From assembly GCA_025839675.1 (NCBI GenBank), contig CP104013.1, forward strand, positions 2,460,001 through 2,492,000: a stretch of DNA of 32,000 bases, given 5' to 3'. Under the pieces are notes generated by a model. It had not been told where the DNA came from and made no database searches. It saw nothing but the letters and a program-made list of their open reading frames with translations. Each line of letters starts with the position of its first letter. Within the stretch, counting starts at the first letter, position 1. The position numbers were made by a program, and so were the translations under genes. This DNA is from Candidatus Lokiarchaeum ossiferum (GTDB lineage: Archaea; Asgardarchaeota; Lokiarchaeia; Sigyniarchaeales; Promethearchaeaceae). Below are positions 1-9,185 of this stretch, piece after piece.

Positions 1-23
1 GCCAATACGACTAATCACAACAT

Positions 24-1484
24 ATGAGTAGTCAAGAAATATATAGTCAGTTCCTTCTCCCCACACCAGTCTCGATCTCAAAGGGTTCAGTAGATCAATC
101 CGTTTCACTCTCAGGGAATTGGACTATTTCAACAAATTGTCCATCTGATAGGTTAAAAAATCATGTCTATACATTACCCAAAAAAGTATCCACTTCCAAC
201 CCCAATGATCAATTCGATTTTGCTTGGAATTCAACATTTGAAGGTCAAATAGATGAATTCTATAACAGAAAAAATATTGGTGTATTTCAGCCTCGAGATC
301 CCCTTTTTCTATTAATCTTACCTGATGGACTTGAGATCAAACCAGAATTAATAATAAAAAATATTCAATGGCAAACGGACTGGAATATAAACGATTATTG
401 CTCTACCGATGAATATCATCTTTTAATAGGCAAATTTATCCAAATTAGCTCTAGAACAGAGCGAGGATTATTTTATGGCCTTCAATCCTTAAAATCACTG
501 ATTAAATTTTCCAAAAATAACATCCCTTTACAAACAATCCAGGATTCCCCAAAAACGAGTCAACGAACCATTTTATTAAGTATTCAAACGGATCCGATTA
601 ATGATGAATTTTTTGAGGATGTAATGCATAAAATGGCCAGTTATAAGATTAATTCAATTATTCTTCAAGGTGGAAAGCTCACAGAAAATCACTTTAGCTT
701 GTTGAACAATCTTTATATTGAACAAATTCAACGACCAGAAAAACCATTGTTATCCTCGAGGTTCTCCCAGTGGGCCATAAAAAATAAAGCTTGGCCAATT
801 CTCATCCATAATTTCGCATCTCAAGCGGAAACAACATGGACAGGCAAATCACCATCTGATGATTTTTCTATGAAATTTTGGCAAAATTTCTTTTTTGCAA
901 CTTCAATAAAAGAAAATATCGATGAAATTCAAAATTTAAAACCATTTTTTGATATAGTTGGTTATTTGAAGGCAAATTTTGAAGAATTGCAGCAAAAATT
1001 CCAAGAAAATCAAAATATCAGGAGTAATATCACGATTGAAGGGATGCATGTGGAAGATCTTCAAACGAAGCTACTGCTTTTAGAACGATCTTTGTATAAT
1101 TTAGAATCCAAAGTGAGATGGAATAAAGATTATTTTGAATCTTTCCAGATGCTCCTTTCTTATCAAATTATTTTACTGAAAACTATTAGTGTTATTCCAA
1201 CAATAGAACAAATCGGTAGTAGCCTTACAGAAGACACTGAAATCCACCTTCCTTCCATTAATTCTCTTTCAAAAGAACAAGAAAGCTTGCAATACTTGAA
1301 ACAAAGTCTAGATCTCTTACAACTCCGGATTTTTAAGTATAATGAATGGGCTTCTGGAACTCCGAATTTCCAGAGCATTTTTCAAACTGAACTAAATCAT
1401 GTTAAAAATCAAGCTGAAACTTCCATAACAAAGTTTTCTACCCTAATTCAAGCTTTACGCGATTTTATCTCAGGTGTAAAATAG
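24..1484 (+). CDS. Protein with a hexosaminidase-type N-terminal alpha/beta domain (GH20b/GH84-N-like) and a helical C-terminal half; probably not catalytic
   Basis: ATG at 24, 486 aa. DEYHLLIGKFIQISSRTERGLFYGLQSLKSLI...IQDSPK resembles the domain that precedes the catalytic barrel in GH20/GH84 enzymes (G-x-F-Y-G-x-Q-[ST]-L, then I-x-D-x-P). No catalytic D-E or D-D motif and no full-length barrel follow. The last ~190 aa are heptad-rich. Confidence 0.4.
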   Translation: MSSQEIYSQFLLPTPVSISKGSVDQSVSLSGNWTISTNCPSDRLKNHVYTLPKKVSTSNPNDQFDFAWNSTFEGQIDEFYNRKNIGVFQPRDPLFLLILPDGLEIKPELIIKNIQWQTDWNINDYCSTDEYHLLIGKFIQISSRTERGLFYGLQSLKSLIKFSKNNIPLQTIQDSPKTSQRTILLSIQTDPINDEFFEDVMHKMASYKINSIILQGGKLTENHFSLLNNLYIEQIQRPEKPLLSSRFSQWAIKNKAWPILIHNFASQAETTWTGKSPSDDFSMKFWQNFFFATSIKENIDEIQNLKPFFDIVGYLKANFEELQQKFQENQNIRSNITIEGMHVEDLQTKLLLLERSLYNLESKVRWNKDYFESFQMLLSYQIILLKTISVIPTIEQIGSSLTEDTEIHLPSINSLSKEQESLQYLKQSLDLLQLRIFKYNEWASGTPNFQSIFQTELNHVKNQAETSITKFSTLIQALRDFISGVK

Positions 1485-1495
1485 ACGCATTTTGC

Positions 1496-1504
1496 TTTTT
1501 TTTT
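1496..1504 (+). terminator. Oligo-T tract (T9) just downstream of the 24..1484 stop; candidate archaeal termination signal
   Basis: A T9 run starts 12 nt after the TAG stop. Archaeal RNAP is known to terminate at oligo-T tracts, but T-runs are common in this AT-rich sequence. Confidence 0.35.
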
Positions 1505-1727
1505 ACTTTTAGGACATGGAATTATTTCTTCTCCAACTAAAGTTTACAGACAGATAACTTCTGCCTATAATGGACTAGAACACTATGATTTATTTTCTTT
1601 AATGATATATTATAAAAAAACAAGAATTATAAGGACAAAAAATACAAGAATTATAATACACTATTTGTAGATTAAAAGGAATAGAAAAACATCATAATCA
1701 AACTAAAAAAAATGATGATTTCATAAA

Positions 1728-4025
1728 ATGAATCAACCCAAGGCTTTAGTCCAAGATCTCTCTGAGAATGAAAAATTCTATCATTCAAACAAAGAGAAAT
1801 TTGAATATTTATTTAAAAACATGTCAACTGGAGTAGTATATCATGCTGCAAATGGAAAAATTGTTTCTGCAAATCGATCCGCAGCAAGAATATTGGGATT
1901 GACAATGGATCAATTGCTTGGAAAAACAACTATGGATCCACGTTGGAAAATGATTCATGAAGATGGAACTCTAGTGGATGGGACTATGCATCCATCAATG
2001 ATAGCTTTAAAAACAGGAAAAAAGATAGGTCCTGTAGTTAGAGGTGTTTTCCATCCAGAGAAAGATACGTACTTATGGTTACAAATCTCAGCAACTCCAT
2101 TATTTAAAACTGGTACCACTTCTCCCTATCAAGTATTTGTCACTTTTGATGATATATCGGATCGTGTTAAAGCTGAAAAAAGATACCAATCCTTATTTAC
2201 AAACGCGCAGGTTGCTCTTTTTCGAACTGGAATCACTGATGGAAAGTTATATGAAATTAATAAACAATATGCTGAGATGGCAGGGTATTCAAGTATTGAG
2301 GAATGCATGGCAAATTTCAATGCCAGTGAAGCATGGGTCGTTCCAGACGAACGACTAAAACTAATTCAAGAATTGCGAGAAAAAGGGCATGTATCTGACT
2401 TTGAGACCCAAATTGTTCGTAAAGATGGTTCTGTGATCTATATTTTATTTTCAGCAACAATATACCCGAATAAAGGGTTCATAGAAGGATCAATTGTAGA
2501 TATTACTAAGCGAAAAGCTGCTGAAGATGAGATTACAGTGGCCCATCAAAGATTAAGAACTATTCTTGATAAAATGGATGCTTTAGTGTATGTTGCAGAT
2601 ATGGAAACATACGAAATACTGTTTGCCAATCATCCTTTAAAAAATCAAGTTGGAGAAGTGGAAGGAAAAATATGTTGGAAAGCCTTACATCCAGAGCAAG
2701 ATGGACCATGCGATTTTTGTACAAATCAGAAGTTATTTGATGAAAATGGGAACCTTAGTGGAGTATACCGTTGGGAACACTTTAATTCATCAGTCGGAAA
2801 ATGGTATGCTTGTCAGGATATGGGGATTACATGGACAGACGATAGGATTGTCAAGTTAGAAATTGCGACAGATATCAATGAACGCAAAAATTCGGAAGCT
2901 GCAATTCTAAAAAATCAAGTGTTAAGTGCAATGGGCGAGATCGCTTATGGAGTTGCACATGACTTCAATAACTCATTACAAGGAATATTTGGAAATTTGG
3001 AACTTGCTTCAATGGAAAATTTATCCGATGATGCGTTAAAATATATTAAAACTGCGAAATCTTTGGCAAGTGATGCTGCATCAAGGGTTAAACAACTACA
3101 ATTTTATGGCAAGAAGTCGAATGATCCTACTAATTATATTTCAATCAATATTTGTGATGTGGTCAATGAATCTATAGAACAAACCAGACATCTATGGAAA
3201 GATGAATCTGAGAAATTAGGAATAACTATAAAAGTTACCGCAAGTTTAATTGAAGATCGATTTATTTTGGGAAATCAAGCAGAATTAAGAAGTGTATTTT
3301 ATAACATAATTAAAAATAGTATTCAAGCGATGCCTGATGGAGGAATTATAGATATTAAAGCAAAAGATGATGGTAATTTCATATCTCTTACTTTTTCAGA
3401 TACGGGTATAGGAATGAAGGAATACGTAAAACAACATGTTTTCCGACCCTTTTTTTCAACAAAAGGGTTTGAACAAGGAAAGGGGTTAGGATTGAGTATT
3501 GCCTACTCTATAATTCGAGATCATAAAGGAGAATTAAATATAATTAGTACTGCAGTTGGGAAAGGCTCTACGTTTGAAATTCGACTACCTTTATCAACAC
3601 ACCAGAAACCTCCTTTAAATAAAGTGACAACAAAATTAAATGCTAATCTCAATATATTGTGGGTTGACGACGAAAAATCGATTCTCAATTATGGTAAAGT
3701 TATGCTTTCTCAGCTAGGTAATCGAGTAGAAGTGGCACTTTCTGCCGAAAGGGCTTTGAAATTGTTAGAAGATCATTCGTATGATCTGCTAATTACTGAT
3801 ATTGGAATGCCGGGTATGAATGGATGGCAACTTGCAGATCAAGTAAAAGGAAAATATCCCAAAATGAAAATTGCGGTAGTTACGGGATGGGGAGATTATA
3901 TTTCAAATGAACAGAAAATTAAAAGTGGGGTTAGTTATTTGCTTGGAAAACCAATTTCAAAGGATGAGATTCAGGATATAATCAATTCAGTTATAACAAT
4001 GAAAGGTAATACACTAAATATATAG
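1728..4025 (+). CDS. Hybrid sensor histidine kinase (multiple PAS domains, HisKA, HATPase_c, C-terminal receiver)
   Basis: 765 aa. PAS-like repeats, some ending in DITKRK/DINERK. H-box AHDFNNSLQGIFGNLELA. ATPase boxes NIIKNSIQAM, DTGIGM, GKGLGLSI. Receiver ILWVDDEKSIL...DLLITDIGMPGMNGWQL...GKP. Confidence 0.9.
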   Translation: MNQPKALVQDLSENEKFYHSNKEKFEYLFKNMSTGVVYHAANGKIVSANRSAARILGLTMDQLLGKTTMDPRWKMIHEDGTLVDGTMHPSMIALKTGKKIGPVVRGVFHPEKDTYLWLQISATPLFKTGTTSPYQVFVTFDDISDRVKAEKRYQSLFTNAQVALFRTGITDGKLYEINKQYAEMAGYSSIEECMANFNASEAWVVPDERLKLIQELREKGHVSDFETQIVRKDGSVIYILFSATIYPNKGFIEGSIVDITKRKAAEDEITVAHQRLRTILDKMDALVYVADMETYEILFANHPLKNQVGEVEGKICWKALHPEQDGPCDFCTNQKLFDENGNLSGVYRWEHFNSSVGKWYACQDMGITWTDDRIVKLEIATDINERKNSEAAILKNQVLSAMGEIAYGVAHDFNNSLQGIFGNLELASMENLSDDALKYIKTAKSLASDAASRVKQLQFYGKKSNDPTNYISINICDVVNESIEQTRHLWKDESEKLGITIKVTASLIEDRFILGNQAELRSVFYNIIKNSIQAMPDGGIIDIKAKDDGNFISLTFSDTGIGMKEYVKQHVFRPFFSTKGFEQGKGLGLSIAYSIIRDHKGELNIISTAVGKGSTFEIRLPLSTHQKPPLNKVTTKLNANLNILWVDDEKSILNYGKVMLSQLGNRVEVALSAERALKLLEDHSYDLLITDIGMPGMNGWQLADQVKGKYPKMKIAVVTGWGDYISNEQKIKSGVSYLLGKPISKDEIQDIINSVITMKGNTLNI

Positions 4026-4137
4026 AAATCTTCTTGATCCGTAAAGATTCAAGATAAAATGAAGAGAAAACTATTCAGATAATTGTAAAGAAAATACAAT
4101 TTTTTTAGAATAATTATTCATACTTAAGGTTCTTAAT

Positions 4138-5898
4138 ATGAAATTTCCTATTTTGAGTAGGAATTTAGGGATAGAAGAATATCTTATAACGATGCATTTT
4201 CGATTATCAAAAGTTGGGTTAAAATCTAAAATTTTAGTTTATATTGTTTTTGTGTCAATCATTCCTATGGTAGCTGTCTCCATTGAATCGAGTCAAAATC
4301 TTCAAAATATAATTTTTGAAGAAAAAAGAACAGCTCTGAAAGCACATGCAGATATTTGTTTGTCCCAATTAAACTACACCTATTCCCAATTTTTAAATGG
4401 TGCATTTGATAATGAATCAGAAGCCCAAAAAAGTGCCTTAAGCGCTATACGTGAATTTCGATATGGAAAAGACTTCCAAGATTATTTCTGGATCCAAGGT
4501 GAACGGAATGAAACAGCATTTATGATAATGCATCCCTATTTTCCAGGACTTGCTGATGACCTCGAAACTGAAATGAGCGAGGAAGCAAACTTAGTTATGA
4601 GTATTGCGTTGAATGAAGTTAACGAGGTTGATGAAGATCCTAATGAAGGATTCATTGAATATGACTGGCCTCTATATAATGATTCCACTGTTCTTGTCCC
4701 TAAACTAAGCTTCATAAAACATTTTCTTCCTTGGAATTGGGTGGTAGGAACTGGCGTTTATATTGATGATGTGGATATAATAGTTCGTTCAAATTTAATT
4801 GATAGGTTAATTTTTATTTTTTCAATCTATGTGGTAATAGGAACTGTCATAGTCGTGTTAATTTGGCGTGATTTGCATGAACGAGATCTTGCTCAAAAAT
4901 CGAAATTGCGACTTACCAAAATATTGGAAACAACCAGCGATCTTGTTGCAATGGCGACGACGGATTTAAAAATATCTTTTATTAATAAAGCAGGGCGAAA
5001 TTTGATTGGATTAGCTGAAGATGAAGATATATCCTCACTAGTAATCCCTAATTTTCATCCTCCTGAAGTATCCAATTATATCAAAGAAACACTTATTCCT
5101 ATAGCAATTCAAAAAGGCATGTCAGTGGGAGAAACACGATTATTAACCAAAAAAATGCAAGAAATCCCAGTTTCACAAGTTATCATGGCCCATAAAAATC
5201 CAAAAGGAAAATTAGAATATCTGTCGACGATTATTCGGGATATTTCCGACCTAAAAAATTCAGAAACAACTTTAAAACAAGCACTTCATGACAAGGATGT
5301 TCTTTTACGTGAAATCCACCATCGGGTAAAAAATAATCTCCAAATTATTTCCAGTTTGATCCGATTACAAAAACCTGCAGTAGACCTTACCAATGTGAAG
5401 CAATTCAATCAAGATTTTCAAAATCGAATTCGCACTATGTCCCTACTTCACGAAATACTTTATAACTCGTCAGATTTTGAAATTATTTATTTGGATGAAT
5501 ACGTAAACTTGCTAGTTAAATATTTGCAGGACTCCTATCCCGAAAATTCACAAAATGTCACTTTTCAAACTATAATTGATCCAATTGAAATTGATTTAAG
5601 CCAGGCAATCAGCTGCGGACTTATTATCAATGAAATCATTTCAAATTCTATAAAATACGCTTTTCCTAATGGAGAAAAGGGCGTAATTGAAATTAAAATT
5701 TGGCTGGAAAATAAAAATGAAATTTATATGGAGATACGAGATTATGGGAAAGGAATAAACCCAAAAATAAATTTCCCAAATGATTCTACACTTGGATTAC
5801 AATTAATTGCAGGATTAACAAATCAATTAAATGGAACGGTAAGTTTAGATAGAGAAAATGGAACTTGCTATAAGATTGAGTTTAAAAAAAGTATTTAA
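4138..5898 (+). CDS. Membrane sensor histidine kinase (N-terminal TM, Cache-like sensor, TM, PAS, HisKA_2-type H-box, HATPase_c)
   Basis: 586 aa. Hydrophobic segments ILVYIVFVSIIPMVAV and LIFIFSIYVVIGTVIVVLIW flank a Cache-like signature DYFWIQGERNETAFMIMHPY. H-box EIHHRVKNNLQIISSLIRLQ. ATPase region LIINEIISNSIKYAF...RDYGKGI...LGLQLI. Confidence 0.85.
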   Translation: MKFPILSRNLGIEEYLITMHFRLSKVGLKSKILVYIVFVSIIPMVAVSIESSQNLQNIIFEEKRTALKAHADICLSQLNYTYSQFLNGAFDNESEAQKSALSAIREFRYGKDFQDYFWIQGERNETAFMIMHPYFPGLADDLETEMSEEANLVMSIALNEVNEVDEDPNEGFIEYDWPLYNDSTVLVPKLSFIKHFLPWNWVVGTGVYIDDVDIIVRSNLIDRLIFIFSIYVVIGTVIVVLIWRDLHERDLAQKSKLRLTKILETTSDLVAMATTDLKISFINKAGRNLIGLAEDEDISSLVIPNFHPPEVSNYIKETLIPIAIQKGMSVGETRLLTKKMQEIPVSQVIMAHKNPKGKLEYLSTIIRDISDLKNSETTLKQALHDKDVLLREIHHRVKNNLQIISSLIRLQKPAVDLTNVKQFNQDFQNRIRTMSLLHEILYNSSDFEIIYLDEYVNLLVKYLQDSYPENSQNVTFQTIIDPIEIDLSQAISCGLIINEIISNSIKYAFPNGEKGVIEIKIWLENKNEIYMEIRDYGKGINPKINFPNDSTLGLQLIAGLTNQLNGTVSLDRENGTCYKIEFKKSI

Positions 5899-5918
5899 CA
5901 TACAACTCTACACTTAAC

Positions 5919-7847
5919 ATGATGACTGATAAATCAGAAAATCTTGGTGATTGGTACGAACAAAATAAAAAACGAGAAATTCAATTAGACCAACTTCATA
6001 AAATAATTCAACCGGGCTCCCGAATTTTTATTGGATCGGGATGCTCTGAGCCCCAAATTCTCACAACTCAGTTAGTCAAAAAGAAATGGCGATATGCAGA
6101 TTGTGAAATCATCCATTTTCTAACTTTATCAGACAATAAATTTTTCGATGATCGGGACCCAAGTTTATTCCGTCACCATGCTCTTTTTATCGGACCCAGT
6201 ATTCGAGATGCGGTTAATCAAGGTAAAGCGGATTATATTCCAATTTCCTTATCAGATATCCCCCGTCTTTTTAAATTAGGTCGGATGCATGTTGATGTTG
6301 CACTCATTCAAGTAAGCCCCCCCGATAGGTTCGGCTTTTGTTCTCTAGGTGTTAATGTAGATATCAATCGTACGGTGACTGATGTAGCCCACACTGTTAT
6401 TGCTCAAATAAATCCCCAGATGCCGAGAACCATGGGTGATTCTTTTATTTTTATCCGAGATATAGATTATTTTATTTATCATGAAGCCCCCCTTATTGAA
6501 TTCAAATATCCACCTATGGACGCGCGATCTGATCGCATTGGTCAACACATTGCTCAGATTATTGAAAATGGATCCACGATCCAATTTGGCATTGGAAGCA
6601 TTCCAAACGCGGTGTTAAGTCACTTAAAATCGAAAAAAAATCTCGCAATTTATTCTGAAGTACTATCCGATTCTGCGATGGATCTTATTCAATCGGATGT
6701 GGTTAACTGCTCTAAAAATCAGTATCCCCATGTAATGACATCTTTTGTCATGGGGTCCCGCAAGTTGTATGATTTTGTGGATCAAAATCCCTTTATCGAA
6801 TTTCATTCGACAGAATACATAAATAATCTGTTCAATATCTCCCGCAATACGAAACAAGTTTCAATAAATGCCGCTTTATCGGTATCGTTGACAGGACAAG
6901 TTAATTCAGACAGTATCGGGTATGAGTTTTATAGTGGAATTGGAGGGCAAGCAGATTTCACAAAAGGCGCATCATTATCTTTAGGGGGAAAACCGATAAT
7001 TTGCCTCCCAAGTACTTCACGGGATGGAAAAACTTCCCGTATCGTAGCAACCTTGGATCCAGGAGCAGGAGTTGTTATCACCAGAGGAGATGTCCATTAT
7101 GTCGTCACAGAATATGGAGTAGCCTATCTTCATGGCAAATCAATTCGTGATCGTGTTTTACAGATGATTGGAATCGCCCATCCCAAATTTCGGCAAGAAT
7201 TACTTCAGAAGGCAAAAGAAGTTCACTATGTTTACGAAGACCAGTTATTACCTACAACTCAAGACGGAGTTGTTATTATCTATCCAGACCAATATGAATC
7301 CACCTATCAAACAAAATCTAAAGGGGATGTCTTTTTCCGGCCCATCAAACCAACCGATGAACGGATGATGCAGGATCTTTATTATAAATTAAGCGATTCA
7401 GACCGAGTGCTTCGCTTCTTTGCCCCACGTACGGCTTTTCCCCATAAAGAAACTCAACCTAAAGTAGTGGTTGATTATGAAACCACTTTTGTTTTAGTAG
7501 GGATCATCGGTGATGAAGAAAATAAAGAAATGATTGGAGCAGGCAGTTATTTCTTAGATCGGAGCACGAACTTAGCCGAAATCGCTTTTACTGTTACAAA
7601 AGAATACAGAGGACAAGGTCTTACGCGCTTCATGGTAAATAAATTGATCATAGTAGCACAAGAAAAAGGAGTCAAAGGGTTTGTGGGTGAAATTCTTTCC
7701 AATAACCAACCGATGCTGCACATTATTAAAACCCTCCCATATAAGGTTGAATTTCATAATTATGGCGATTCGTTAGAATTTTCCTTCAAATTTCAGAATA
7801 TCCGAAATATGTCTGATGAAAAAAAAGACAAGACAGACTCACAGTAA
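5919..7847 (+). CDS. Fusion protein: acetyl-CoA hydrolase/transferase family domain plus C-terminal GNAT acetyltransferase domain
   Basis: 642 aa. The N-terminal ~430 aa carry CoA-transferase family features (GSGCSEP, FGIGSIPNAV, SGIGGQADF, VVTEYGVA). The C-terminal ~190 aa carry GNAT motif A (EYRGQGLTRFMVNKLIIVAQEKG). It starts 20 nt after the upstream kinase stop. Confidence 0.85.
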   Translation: MMTDKSENLGDWYEQNKKREIQLDQLHKIIQPGSRIFIGSGCSEPQILTTQLVKKKWRYADCEIIHFLTLSDNKFFDDRDPSLFRHHALFIGPSIRDAVNQGKADYIPISLSDIPRLFKLGRMHVDVALIQVSPPDRFGFCSLGVNVDINRTVTDVAHTVIAQINPQMPRTMGDSFIFIRDIDYFIYHEAPLIEFKYPPMDARSDRIGQHIAQIIENGSTIQFGIGSIPNAVLSHLKSKKNLAIYSEVLSDSAMDLIQSDVVNCSKNQYPHVMTSFVMGSRKLYDFVDQNPFIEFHSTEYINNLFNISRNTKQVSINAALSVSLTGQVNSDSIGYEFYSGIGGQADFTKGASLSLGGKPIICLPSTSRDGKTSRIVATLDPGAGVVITRGDVHYVVTEYGVAYLHGKSIRDRVLQMIGIAHPKFRQELLQKAKEVHYVYEDQLLPTTQDGVVIIYPDQYESTYQTKSKGDVFFRPIKPTDERMMQDLYYKLSDSDRVLRFFAPRTAFPHKETQPKVVVDYETTFVLVGIIGDEENKEMIGAGSYFLDRSTNLAEIAFTVTKEYRGQGLTRFMVNKLIIVAQEKGVKGFVGEILSNNQPMLHIIKTLPYKVEFHNYGDSLEFSFKFQNIRNMSDEKKDKTDSQ

Positions 7848-7863
7848 TTCTTTTTTCTGTAAA

Positions 7864-9060
7864 TTAAATGTAAAACTCATCCCCTCCAGGAAGAGATTCC
7901 TGTTGAAGCTTCACAATTAATCCTGCAAAATTTTCAAGGGAAGGATCGAGTTTAACTTCACTATCAATTAATGTTGCAAGGGAAATGAGCATTTTCTGGG
8001 TGTTAGTTGCGGTAAATCGATTCTTCTTATGATAATCAGGCCCATAAAGTACAGTAAAAAAGTCCTTTATAGTTTGTTGGGTGTGTGTCAAGGTCACCTT
8101 TTGAGAAATTAATTCATCATAAATTACAATTATTTTTTCAAGTAACCCTTTTTGCTTGTTGGGTTTGATATAGATGTCGTTTGCAAATAAAGCTTGGATC
8201 TGGTCTTCAAGCCATTTCTTAATTATTTGATGAGTGTCTTCAACTGGAATTTGTAAATAATTTTTGATGAGTTTTGATCGCTTCTGCAAGGAACGTTTAC
8301 AATATTCCAGAATATCGTGCCAATTGTTCTTATTATTTGCTAGACAGATAAGGAAACTCAAAATAAGATTTTCAATAATATCTATCGAATAGGACAACTT
8401 AAAGTTTAATCTGAGATTTTCAAAGAACAATAAAAATTCATTATATTTCTTAGTGGCAAAGAGAAATTCACGAAACATTTCAAGTAAATTGACGCGCATT
8501 TCATATATTTGGGCAAAAGAAAGATGTTCCGATGAAAGAAGAATTTTAAATGTTCCAGCAAGAATAAAATGATCAAAATAGTTTACTAAAACATATTCTT
8601 CTATGAGATGTTCTAAATATTGCATGTACCTTTGATTTAATATAACCTCAGAATCTTTAAACTGAACAATATTCGCAAGTTCCGCACTCATATTAGAAAT
8701 TGAATTGATCACCATTTCTTGCAAAAAAAAAGGCAGCTTTAGAGATGCGGATAAGAATTCGCTAATCATTTGTTGGATATTTTGAATCATTTTGGGATTT
8801 TGAAGATCTTGGGTTTTTCCCTCCAACATTTCTCTCCAAAAATGTAGGTATACCGTACGAACTTCAGTTAAGGTTGTAATTACATCAAAATCTAAAGCAG
8901 TTTCTCCGAATATTCCCTTTAAATAATCCCCAATAATAAAATCAAAAAAATCTTGAAATAGAAGATTTATTTTAGACCAAAGAGAAGTTTTGATCATCGA
9001 GATTTTAGAGGTTTGCTTACTTTCAGCAGTTTTAGGGGACATAGAATTCACCAACAACAT
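7864..9060 (-). CDS. Hypothetical, predicted all-alpha protein with no recognisable motif
   Basis: Uninterrupted 398-aa ORF on the same strand as and downstream of the NOG1-type GTPase gene (125-nt gap). Amphipathic helical composition. No motif I can assign. Confidence 0.55.
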   Translation of the reverse strand: MLLVNSMSPKTAESKQTSKISMIKTSLWSKINLLFQDFFDFIIGDYLKGIFGETALDFDVITTLTEVRTVYLHFWREMLEGKTQDLQNPKMIQNIQQMISEFLSASLKLPFFLQEMVINSISNMSAELANIVQFKDSEVILNQRYMQYLEHLIEEYVLVNYFDHFILAGTFKILLSSEHLSFAQIYEMRVNLLEMFREFLFATKKYNEFLLFFENLRLNFKLSYSIDIIENLILSFLICLANNKNNWHDILEYCKRSLQKRSKLIKNYLQIPVEDTHQIIKKWLEDQIQALFANDIYIKPNKQKGLLEKIIVIYDELISQKVTLTHTQQTIKDFFTVLYGPDYHKKNRFTATNTQKMLISLATLIDSEVKLDPSLENFAGLIVKLQQESLPGGDEFYI

Positions 9061-9185
9061 TTTTTTTGCTTGTTATTAGTTGAATAGAGAAATATATAAA
9101 GATGATATCATAATAATTCGATAATTATCCAAAATCATTTAAGGAAAACAGAGAAAAAAAATTGCACCAGTTATTGCAAGAAAGA

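Noticed and set aside
24-1484. Annotating ORF1 as an active beta-N-acetylhexosaminidase
   Set aside because: Only the non-catalytic N-terminal-type domain is recognisable. The catalytic acid pair is missing, and the sequence between it and the helical region is too short for a TIM barrel.
2709-2720. Heme c attachment site in the PAS domain (CDFC)
   Set aside because: The motif reads C-D-F-C-T, not CxxCH, so the proximal His is absent.
1728-5898. A classical two-component operon (kinase plus DNA-binding response regulator)
   Set aside because: The only receiver domain is fused to the first kinase. No stand-alone response regulator with an output domain is encoded nearby, so the downstream partner is unknown.
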